DNA of 51,354 nucleotides, taken from IMG/VR virus record IMGVR_UViG_3300048114_000266, positions 1-51,354 of that record. One strand, written 5' to 3'. Source of the DNA: a virus. Made by a program: the position numbers and the translations under genes. The notes under the pieces are model-generated. The model searched no databases. It was not told where the DNA came from and saw only the letters and a program-made list of their open reading frames with translations. Within the stretch, counting starts at the first letter, position 1; every line of letters begins with the position of its first letter. Shown here one piece after another: positions 44,165 through 51,354 of the stretch.

Positions 44165-46261
44165 TCACCTCCCCGTCCGGCCTTCGACAGTAGTTTCGAC
44201 CATATGCCCCGACGAATCCGTATTGTCGACGATTACGCCGACCGATTGTTCGCCACCCGTCGAATTCGTGTAGGAGGCAAGCGGCGACCCGGTTTCGTCG
44301 TCGAAGACGGTAGACCCGTCGCCCGACAGTATCGTCGATTGGGTCGTGTAGCCGCCCGAATTGTCGAACGTGACAAGTTCGACGTTCACGCCCGTCGGCA
44401 TGGCTTGGGCTAACCCGGTCGTCAGCGTCGCTTTGTCTATTTCCATAGTTTCGCCGTCGGCTAAACTATCGACCACGACGACGGCTTGCGTCGTGTTCCC
44501 GACGTTCCGCGACAGCGACCCCGACACGCGGTCGTGTGGTCGGCTAAGTTCCGGTCTTTGAATGGTTCCCGCCGCGTCGACTAAGGTAGACCCCGTGATA
44601 GTATCTAACCGTTCGTGCAAGACGGCACGCCGGTAGTTTACGCCACCCGACCCGTCGGCTTCCCCACGAAGGCTTAGGATAGTGCCGCCGCCGACTGAAT
44701 ACGATTGGCCATATTCCCGCCCGGCGTCCGCACTTCCGTCGACCGGGGCCGAAATGGTCGTGTTCCCCCACGAACGATTTGCCGGGAATGCGACCGCCGC
44801 GCCCCCTTTTGGAATGAACGACCCGAACGTTTCGAAGTCGGAAGTAGAATCTATATTTCCGTATAGTGTAAGCAGTCCGTCGACCCGAAAGTCGGTAGTG
44901 ACGCGACTGCCGCCACCCGTGTTCGGGTGGTCGCCCGTTACGTAAATCCCCGACTGTGGCGAAAATCCGACCGGAACCGCGACGTCTTTCGAAGACAGTC
45001 CACCCGACCCGTCAGCGTACCCCAAAATCGAAAGGAATGGTTGGCCGGCCACGCCGAACGAATACGACACTTCGTCGCCCGAATTTTCGATTCCTGAAAG
45101 GGGGTGGTCGAACGAACTTCCCCGGAAGGATACGTCACCGCCGACGATAAGTTCGCTGAACACGCGGACGTATTCGCGTTGCACGCCGCCCGAACCGTCG
45201 GCGTCGACGGCGGCCCACAATTGCGAAGACCCACCCGCCGAAAGGCCCACGCCGACGGCGGAACCCGCCGACGCATTCGAATCGACCGGGGCTTCGGCAA
45301 GGGAATTTCCGGGCGTTCTGTTTGCGGGGAACGATATGGCCGCCCCACCCTTCGGGATAAATGCCCCGAACGTTTTGAAATCCCCATTAATATCTATATT
45401 ATCGTAAGATGATATTGCCCCATTTACTTGAAGCGACCCCGTGAATTGGTTATCGGCGGAGGCTTCGCTATTTGACCCGGTGACATACATCCCTCCGCCC
45501 CCGTGTATTTGGCCGTATATGTCGACGCTACCAGATATTTGGTTATCCGCTTGTGCGTCGGGGTGCGACCCGGTTACAAGAAGCCCGCTGTCGTATGTCG
45601 TCGGCTTAGCGAATTGCACTTCGCCGTTTTGGATACCTCCCGACCCGTCCGATTCGGTGTAGATTTTCGCGAATTCTTCGCCGTCGACCGCGAACGTGTA
45701 TGATACTTCCGTCCCGGCGGACGTGTTCGATTCGACTTGAATGTCGAATAACGGGCCGAATTGCGTCGTTCCCGGCGTCGCTTCGAACCCCGACGACAGT
45801 AGTGCCGAAGCCGCCGGGTGCGCCCGCCAATTGTGAATATCGCCTTCGGTGACGTCGCCGGCCGCGTGGGGGACCGCTACAAGAGCCAACAGTAGCCCGT
45901 CCGACGGCGTTTCGGGAGGTTCGGGGTTCGGGGCCGGCGTACCTTCCGCGACGGCGTAGGTGCCCGCACTACTGTCGAAATACACCAAGTCGACGCGACG
46001 GTCGTCTTGGCCCGACGTCGTCGTTTGCGGCCCGGTCGACAGCGTGAACGACGTCGACGACGGGGAGTAGGTAGCACTATCATACGACAAGTTCGTCGCG
46101 GCGGCTACCTGAATCCCCATAGCGGTATTGGGGTCGGGCGTCACTTGCGCGTCGCCGTTGTTTTGGATACCATTACCGACGAACGCTTCGGTAATCGCTT
46201 CTAAATATCGGCCGAAGAAGGTTCCCCCTTGTGGGGCTTCGAACGGTTCGGCTTCGGGCAT
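44165..46261 (-). CDS. Tail fibre or receptor-binding-like protein with internal repeats
   Basis: ORF track, 698 aa; duplicated block DFKTFGAFIPKGGAAISFPANR / DFETFGSFIPKGGAAVAFPANR; Gly/Ser/Thr-rich. Confidence 0.6.
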   Translation of the reverse strand: MPEAEPFEAPQGGTFFGRYLEAITEAFVGNGIQNNGDAQVTPDPNTAMGIQVAAATNLSYDSATYSPSSTSFTLSTGPQTTTSGQDDRRVDLVYFDSSAGTYAVAEGTPAPNPEPPETPSDGLLLALVAVPHAAGDVTEGDIHNWRAHPAASALLSSGFEATPGTTQFGPLFDIQVESNTSAGTEVSYTFAVDGEEFAKIYTESDGSGGIQNGEVQFAKPTTYDSGLLVTGSHPDAQADNQISGSVDIYGQIHGGGGMYVTGSNSEASADNQFTGSLQVNGAISSYDNIDINGDFKTFGAFIPKGGAAISFPANRTPGNSLAEAPVDSNASAGSAVGVGLSAGGSSQLWAAVDADGSGGVQREYVRVFSELIVGGDVSFRGSSFDHPLSGIENSGDEVSYSFGVAGQPFLSILGYADGSGGLSSKDVAVPVGFSPQSGIYVTGDHPNTGGGSRVTTDFRVDGLLTLYGNIDSTSDFETFGSFIPKGGAAVAFPANRSWGNTTISAPVDGSADAGREYGQSYSVGGGTILSLRGEADGSGGVNYRRAVLHERLDTITGSTLVDAAGTIQRPELSRPHDRVSGSLSRNVGNTTQAVVVVDSLADGETMEIDKATLTTGLAQAMPTGVNVELVTFDNSGGYTTQSTILSGDGSTVFDDETGSPLASYTNSTGGEQSVGVIVDNTDSSGHMVETTVEGRTGR

Positions 46262-46294
46262 GTGGCGAAGTATCCGCTACCGCGTCTTAGTAGT

Positions 46295-47353
46295 TTAGGG
46301 CGTGTAGTAGTCGGGGAACGCGCCCGGCGACCCCGGTATTGCAGAAATATCTACTCCCCTATATGTGAATTCTCCCGTGGTGTCACCAAACACCGAAAGC
46401 GACCCGTCTTGGGGCAAATAGGCGAACCCGTATCGGTACGTATTCCCTGAAATATATTGGACGTATGCGAAGAAGGTTCTACCGTATGGTGTCGGCGTCG
46501 AAAACCCACCTATATTATTCAGGTCGACAGACGATATTAGTTCGCCGTTTGGCGAATATTTGTTCAATTCCCCGCGCCAATATGCCGTTACCACGCCACC
46601 AAACCCGACGCTGACGGTGTTTAGTGGAATGGGTGACTTTGACTTCGACCATTTGTGATTTAGGTCGGCGTCGAATGCGTGAACGTCGTCACTCCCGCCC
46701 ACAATTACATTCCCGTATGGCCCCACGTTCACACTATTTATGTGTTGGTCGGGAATTTTGTAATTCCCCAATAACGACCCACCATTCGAATCTATGTTTA
46801 CAATTTTGTCGCCGTTGCTATAATATATTGAATTGTCCGGGGTCGAATATCGAATATCACCTATACCCCTTGAACTATCATTACTATCAGATATTGACCA
46901 ATCCACGCCGCTACCGTCTTCGAAGACTCTCCCCACCCGGATGGGTGAATTTTGACCGCCCCACGCGATAAAGTAGACACCGCCCCCAATTCCGGCGGCA
47001 ATTGATTCAGCGTCAAGTACGGGACCGCTACCGAATTGCACGTCTTTCGACCAAATCACGGATAAATCTTCAGTTAATTTATATATGGTAGACGAAGACC
47101 TACCCGTGGCAAATACATGTCCTTGTGGGGTGGCGCGAATTTTATCGACCGGATTTTCTAATGTCGCTCCCGTATCTTGGACGCCGCCCGGTGAAAATTT
47201 GGCAATATTGTTCGGCGGGCTTGCGTTAATGCCGTCCCTATAAACCCCATAGACGGGCCAACTTGGTGGGTCCGGGTATCTTCGGATTGCGCCAAGATTG
47301 TAAAGCCGCTGTCGTTCCCGATAGTCACTAAGGTCGGATTGGGAAGCGGGCAT
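46295..47353 (-). CDS. Tail or baseplate-associated protein
   Basis: ORF track, 352 aa, ATG at 47353. Confidence 0.55.
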   Translation of the reverse strand: MPASQSDLSDYRERQRLYNLGAIRRYPDPPSWPVYGVYRDGINASPPNNIAKFSPGGVQDTGATLENPVDKIRATPQGHVFATGRSSSTIYKLTEDLSVIWSKDVQFGSGPVLDAESIAAGIGGGVYFIAWGGQNSPIRVGRVFEDGSGVDWSISDSNDSSRGIGDIRYSTPDNSIYYSNGDKIVNIDSNGGSLLGNYKIPDQHINSVNVGPYGNVIVGGSDDVHAFDADLNHKWSKSKSPIPLNTVSVGFGGVVTAYWRGELNKYSPNGELISSVDLNNIGGFSTPTPYGRTFFAYVQYISGNTYRYGFAYLPQDGSLSVFGDTTGEFTYRGVDISAIPGSPGAFPDYYTP

Positions 47354-48465
47354 TAGGCTATCTTAAAGAAGGATTCGACGTTAAACTTCGTGTCGTCGCC
47401 GAAGACGAATTCTTGCGTCGGCGACACCCACACAAGCCGCCCCGAATCGTCGATTATCCCCACTTGCCCGACGTCGAACGGCCGTTCGTTTGCTGGGGCG
47501 GCATTCGACGGGACGTCGCCCATAATAATTGCACGGTCGCGGTCGGATTCGGCGGTCGCGTCGACCGTGAACACTTGGTCGTATAACGACGTCATGGTCG
47601 CGTCTTCGTCACCCCCCGAACGCCCGAACGCCCATGTCGCGAATTCGACGGTATTTCCGGGGACTTGCACGGCGTCGGCGAACGCGGCTTCGCCGGCATT
47701 CGTGACGACTGAATTCCCGACGCCGTCGCCTTCGAACGTGACGATTACCCCGGCGCGGACTTCGGTGTCGCTGTCGACTTCGACGTCGACGGTGGCGCGG
47801 GCCATTAGGCCGCCGCCTTGTGATTCGGCCGATATTTCGAAGACGTCGTCTTCGTCGGGTAAGAATTCGGTAGACGCGAAGACGCCCCGGACGTGCGACT
47901 TGTTCAACTTGGGCTTTAGTCGCGACGTCACGCCGGTCGACGCGATTCGGTTCCCTAAACTGTCGTCTGATAGTTCGGCGTCTGTCCCGTCGTCGCCGTA
48001 GGCTATCGTCGTTATGCCATTTTCCACGCCCGATATTAGTTCAGCAATCACACGCCGCCCCGTGCGGGTCACTACCGCCGACTGTTGGGCCGTGTTCGTC
48101 ACTTCGAAGTCGCTCTTATCGTCCCCGAATGTTCCGATACCGAATGAATTGTCGGCGGACCAAATACCGAACGCGATAGTGTCGCCGTAGTCGACCGATT
48201 CTTCCCGCCCACGCGCTTCCCAAGCGCCCTTATCGTCCCCGAATGTGCCGCGCCCGAATCCTTTGTCGGGGTCGTTATGTCCGAAGACGATTTGGTCGCC
48301 GGTCGAACGGGTGTCGACCGTCGCTTCGGCCGATACTTCGATATACGAAACGCCGAATTTCAGGTCGCGGGTTCGGCCTTCGTCGACTTGGATAAACCGG
48401 CCAAATTCGTCGCGTATCTGTCGGCGATTGTCCGCGACAAGCGAATCAATATCTTTGGTCGTCAT
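47353..48465 (-). CDS. Tail protein with repeated FG(R/I)GTFGDDK motifs
   Basis: ORF track, 370 aa; GFGRGTFGDDKGAWE and SFGIGTFGDDKSDFE. Confidence 0.55.
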   Translation of the reverse strand: MTTKDIDSLVADNRRQIRDEFGRFIQVDEGRTRDLKFGVSYIEVSAEATVDTRSTGDQIVFGHNDPDKGFGRGTFGDDKGAWEARGREESVDYGDTIAFGIWSADNSFGIGTFGDDKSDFEVTNTAQQSAVVTRTGRRVIAELISGVENGITTIAYGDDGTDAELSDDSLGNRIASTGVTSRLKPKLNKSHVRGVFASTEFLPDEDDVFEISAESQGGGLMARATVDVEVDSDTEVRAGVIVTFEGDGVGNSVVTNAGEAAFADAVQVPGNTVEFATWAFGRSGGDEDATMTSLYDQVFTVDATAESDRDRAIIMGDVPSNAAPANERPFDVGQVGIIDDSGRLVWVSPTQEFVFGDDTKFNVESFFKIA

Positions 48466-48467
48466 GG

Positions 48468-49931
48468 TTAGATTGACACCGTCCCCGACAGCGATATAGT
48501 GACGTATCCGTCGCTATTCCGGCCGACAGACGTCACTTCGAACGACCCATTAATCCCGTCGGGCGGCCACACGACCGGGACGATTTGGCCGGGATTCACG
48601 TCTAAGAATTCGGGGTTCGCTAATGTAAAGGATAGTGCCCCGTCTTCCCATGCGTTTTCGTTCAGGAATCCACGCGCCCGGCGGCGTAGTTGCGTCCGCG
48701 TTCGAAGGGTCGGGTCACTAATTGGTTCTTCTTTGGGCGCTTCGGTGTTATAGAATTCAATCGAACCGGCGTCTTCGTAGGAGGCTTGTAGGTCGCCCCG
48801 GCCTTCGACGCTGACGCGATTGCGGACGTCAAAGTCGCGGTCTATGTCGACGTTCACGACATTAATCGACGGGTCTTCGTATTCGATACTGACGTCGGCC
48901 ACGGTATCGCCCGACGACAGATAGTGTAATACCGCGTCTTCGTCGACGTAAGGCGTGACACCGTCTTCAAGCGCGAAGTTTTCGACCATTTGAAGAATGG
49001 ACGAATTCACGCTTCGGGTCGTGACGTAATCGGTGCCCGGATTGTCGACGGTCACACCGACATTTCTGTCGTTAAGTCCGAACGGTACTGATTCGGCATA
49101 GTCAACAGCAAACGCCCGCGTTTCGGGGGTCTGTTCCCCGGTCGAAAATTCGAACCGAAGTGTAAGCGGGTCGCCTCCTTGCGTTACTGTCGCGTCGTCG
49201 ACCGGGAATTCGAAGCGTTCGAATTCCCCCGACCCGGTCAAATCGAATTCCCATTCGTAGGATATTCCGCCCGCGTCGACAAGCGTCACCGTCCCGTCGA
49301 AAATCCCGCCGTCGTCGTTAATTATCGCCCGGACATTCAGTTTCGAAATGCGCCGTTCGGGGGCTTCTTGTGGCGACACGTCGACGTATTCAGCATAATA
49401 TGAACCCGAAGACCCGTCGGGTATTTCGGCATAAATAGCGTTCCCGCCGGAATTGGGCAAGTCCGAATCCGTGTCTAACAGGCGGAAATTATCAACATTC
49501 GACGACCACCCGCTAAGCGACGACCCGTCGGTGATTGTTTCGGTGCCGACAGACGGGTCGCGTTCTTTCGCTATCGCTTGTTCGACCATTTCCCCGGTCG
49601 TCATTTCGATAAACGGCCGCGACACCTTCGCGTATTCCAATTGTGCCGCCTTCGATTCGACTTCGACGTCTATCGTAAGGTTTCGACTGTTGGTCGACGA
49701 CGGCTTGCCTATCACCTCCCCGAACCACTTTCTGACGAATGTGCCCGCGTCGTTCCGGTCTTCTTCGTAAATGACGACTTCGTCACCTGATTCGAATAGC
49801 GAACGATTCGACGCCGTGTTCGCGACTGTAATGACCGCCGTCCCTATTTCCCCGTTCGACGGCGTTTCGTAGTCGACCGTGACGACGTTAACGGCGGCCG
49901 TTCCGTCGACTTCTATCTTGTAGTTCGGCAT
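48468..49931 (-). CDS. Tail protein (distal tail or tail-tip candidate)
   Basis: ORF track, 487 aa. Confidence 0.55.
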   Translation of the reverse strand: MPNYKIEVDGTAAVNVVTVDYETPSNGEIGTAVITVANTASNRSLFESGDEVVIYEEDRNDAGTFVRKWFGEVIGKPSSTNSRNLTIDVEVESKAAQLEYAKVSRPFIEMTTGEMVEQAIAKERDPSVGTETITDGSSLSGWSSNVDNFRLLDTDSDLPNSGGNAIYAEIPDGSSGSYYAEYVDVSPQEAPERRISKLNVRAIINDDGGIFDGTVTLVDAGGISYEWEFDLTGSGEFERFEFPVDDATVTQGGDPLTLRFEFSTGEQTPETRAFAVDYAESVPFGLNDRNVGVTVDNPGTDYVTTRSVNSSILQMVENFALEDGVTPYVDEDAVLHYLSSGDTVADVSIEYEDPSINVVNVDIDRDFDVRNRVSVEGRGDLQASYEDAGSIEFYNTEAPKEEPISDPTLRTRTQLRRRARGFLNENAWEDGALSFTLANPEFLDVNPGQIVPVVWPPDGINGSFEVTSVGRNSDGYVTISLSGTVSI

Positions 49932-49935
49932 GGTG

Positions 49936-50415
49936 TTAGGACACGTATGCGTCTAAGAAAGTCCATTCAAGCGTGGCCGAATATGTCCGTCCCGGCGATT
50001 CGTCCATGCTTTCCGACGGGTCGAATGCTGTAATGACGCCGTCAATTTCGCGACCGTCGTAGACCAACGTGTCGAAGCCGTTATCGACGTCGAACCCCCA
50101 TTCTTTCGACGCCCGCATTAGTTCGTCGCGGAAACCATAATCGTCGTCGTCGGGGGTGGCGGGCGACGACCCGTCGTAAACTCCCGAATTTGGGTAGTCG
50201 TCGGGTGTCATTCCCTGAATGTCTATGCTGATAGTGTAGCGTTGCAAGTCAAGCACTAACTTCCCGCCAAGAATTTCCCGCGACGCCGCCGATATGACTG
50301 AATCCATGACCAAGCCGTTTTCGACCGACGTTTCGACGTTATCGGCCTTCAATCGGAATTCTTCGCTCCCGTCGTTCCGGCGAAGCCGAACCGCTAAATC
50401 GGAATTGTCGGCCAT
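49936..50415 (-). CDS. Tail protein immediately downstream of the tape-measure gene
   Basis: ORF track, 159 aa. Confidence 0.55.
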   Translation of the reverse strand: MADNSDLAVRLRRNDGSEEFRLKADNVETSVENGLVMDSVISAASREILGGKLVLDLQRYTISIDIQGMTPDDYPNSGVYDGSSPATPDDDDYGFRDELMRASKEWGFDVDNGFDTLVYDGREIDGVITAFDPSESMDESPGRTYSATLEWTFLDAYVS

Positions 50416-50418
50416 AGT

Positions 50419-51354
50419 CTAACGAACCCCCGCGCGGTCGTTAGTCTTGTCACCGACACGTTCCGCAATCTTGTCGGCAAGTTCTTCTAACGTCCGGCGG
50501 TCGACGTTCGTCGGGTCGAATTCGCCCGACAAGTCGATTGTAATGCCGTCGATTGCGACCGACGTCCCGCCGCCACCGCCGCCCGACGCGGCCGCACTAA
50601 CAAGCGGTTCGGGAATGACGGCTTCGCCCTTGTGAATTTGGGCGACGCCGTCGGATTCTACCATGCCGCCCGAAGCCATTCCCCGGACTTGTTCGCCCGC
50701 CCATTCACCAAGCCCGTGAATCGGGTTATTCGTCATTACGTTTTCTATCGTATTCGCCGCTCCGGGGTTATTTTCAGCGAATCGTGAACCCGCCCTTCGT
50801 GCCGGACCCCACCCGTCGCCACCGCCGGCTATTTCGGCAAGGATTTGGCCCGCCGTCAGCGTCGGCCATACGATTGCGCCGACTATCATACCGCCCGTGA
50901 TAGTCCCGAACCCGATTGCGGCGGCTATCAGCCCGCCCGTGACCGCGCCGAACGGTATCGACTTCAATAGTTGGCCGCCCGATATGACCTTGAACGACAT
51001 GGCCCCGACGACTAACGCCGCGCCGATTACGGGCCACCCCAGCGCGCCGACGATTATGCCGGCCCCAATCGTCGCCCACGACAGCGCGCCGACGACGTCG
51101 CCCGCTTTCAGTTTCCCCCATGCGATTGCACCGACGATTAGGCCGGCCCCGATTATCGGCCACCCGACGGCGGCGATTATCAGCCCGGCGGTAATCGTCC
51201 CCCATTTCAGCGCGCCCAAGACGTCGCCCGCTTTCAGTTTCCCCCATGCGATTGCACCGACGATTAGGCCGGCCCCGATTATCGGCCACCCGACGGCGGC
51301 GATTATCAGCCCGGCGGTAATCGTCCCCCATTTCAGCGCGCCCAAGACGTCGCC
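50419..51354 (-). CDS. Tape-measure-like tail protein, C-terminal segment (same gene as 1..583)
   Basis: ORF track 50419..51345; the TTG start there is an artefact of the window edge. Contains two identical 42-aa repeats plus one diverged copy, then a Gly-rich C-terminus. Confidence 0.55.
   Translation of the reverse strand, partial: GDVLGALKWGTITAGLIIAAVGWPIIGAGLIVGAIAWGKLKAGDVLGALKWGTITAGLIIAAVGWPIIGAGLIVGAIAWGKLKAGDVVGALSWATIGAGIIVGALGWPVIGAALVVGAMSFKVISGGQLLKSIPFGAVTGGLIAAAIGFGTITGGMIVGAIVWPTLTAGQILAEIAGGGDGWGPARRAGSRFAENNPGAANTIENVMTNNPIHGLGEWAGEQVRGMASGGMVESDGVAQIHKGEAVIPEPLVSAAASGGGGGGTSVAIDGITIDLSGEFDPTNVDRRTLEELADKIAERVGDKTNDRAGVR
51103..51354. repeat. Two perfect tandem copies of a 126-bp in-frame repeat inside the tape-measure-like gene; a further copy forms the window start (1-127)
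   Basis: The string gacgtcgcc-cgctttcag recurs at 51094, 51220 and 51346, giving a 126-bp period; encodes the 42-aa unit LGALKWGTITAGLIIAAVGWPIIGAGLIVGAIAWGKLKAGDV. Confidence 0.8.

Noticed and set aside
51103-51354. Possible CRISPR-like repeat array at the window end
   Set aside because: The 126-bp units are directly tandem with no spacers, are in frame, and encode a repeated hydrophobic protein segment.
1-51354. Integrase or lysogeny module, reverse transcriptase or diversity-generating element, and DNA methyltransferase
   Set aside because: I looked for tyrosine-recombinase-like C-termini, YxDD boxes and methyltransferase motifs in the larger ORFs and found none by eye; absence is not proven without profile searches.

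Overview
This 51.35-kb GC-rich window reads as an essentially complete genome of a tailed (head-tail, siphovirus-like) haloarchaeal virus. Evidence for that host range: acidic D/E-rich proteins, archaeal BRE/TATA promoters about 30-45 nt upstream of start codons, an intron-containing tRNA, and PCNA, TFB-like and Hjc-like genes. The contig appears to be a circular assembly: positions 1-127 are identical to 51228-51354, and a tape-measure-like gene runs in frame across that junction only when the overlap is collapsed. Almost all of the window is coding, with about 70 genes, mostly on the minus strand in long operons with ATGA-type start/stop overlaps. The structural module is on the minus strand: large terminase, portal fused to a MuF-like domain, scaffold/protease-like protein, HK97-like capsid protein, head-tail proteins, putative major tail protein, a G/GT-type chaperone pair with a canonical -1 slippery site, tape measure and five distal tail/fibre genes. 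A 4.3-kb plus-strand block (39.4-43.7 kb) carries a TFB-core-like transcription factor, an RHH/winged-helix regulator and an Hjc-like resolvase. Two tRNAs are present: tRNA-Leu(UAA) and tRNA-Gln(UUG) with a 44-nt intron. The most unusual features are a roughly 55-bp promoter-leader cassette repeated at least ten times, a TFB paralogue with no zinc ribbon, a palindromic operator upstream of a winged-helix gene, arrays of tiny zinc-ribbon genes, and an apparent absence of GATC. No integrase, CRISPR array, reverse transcriptase or DNA polymerase was recognised. All functional calls are from reading the translations by eye; no database search was run.
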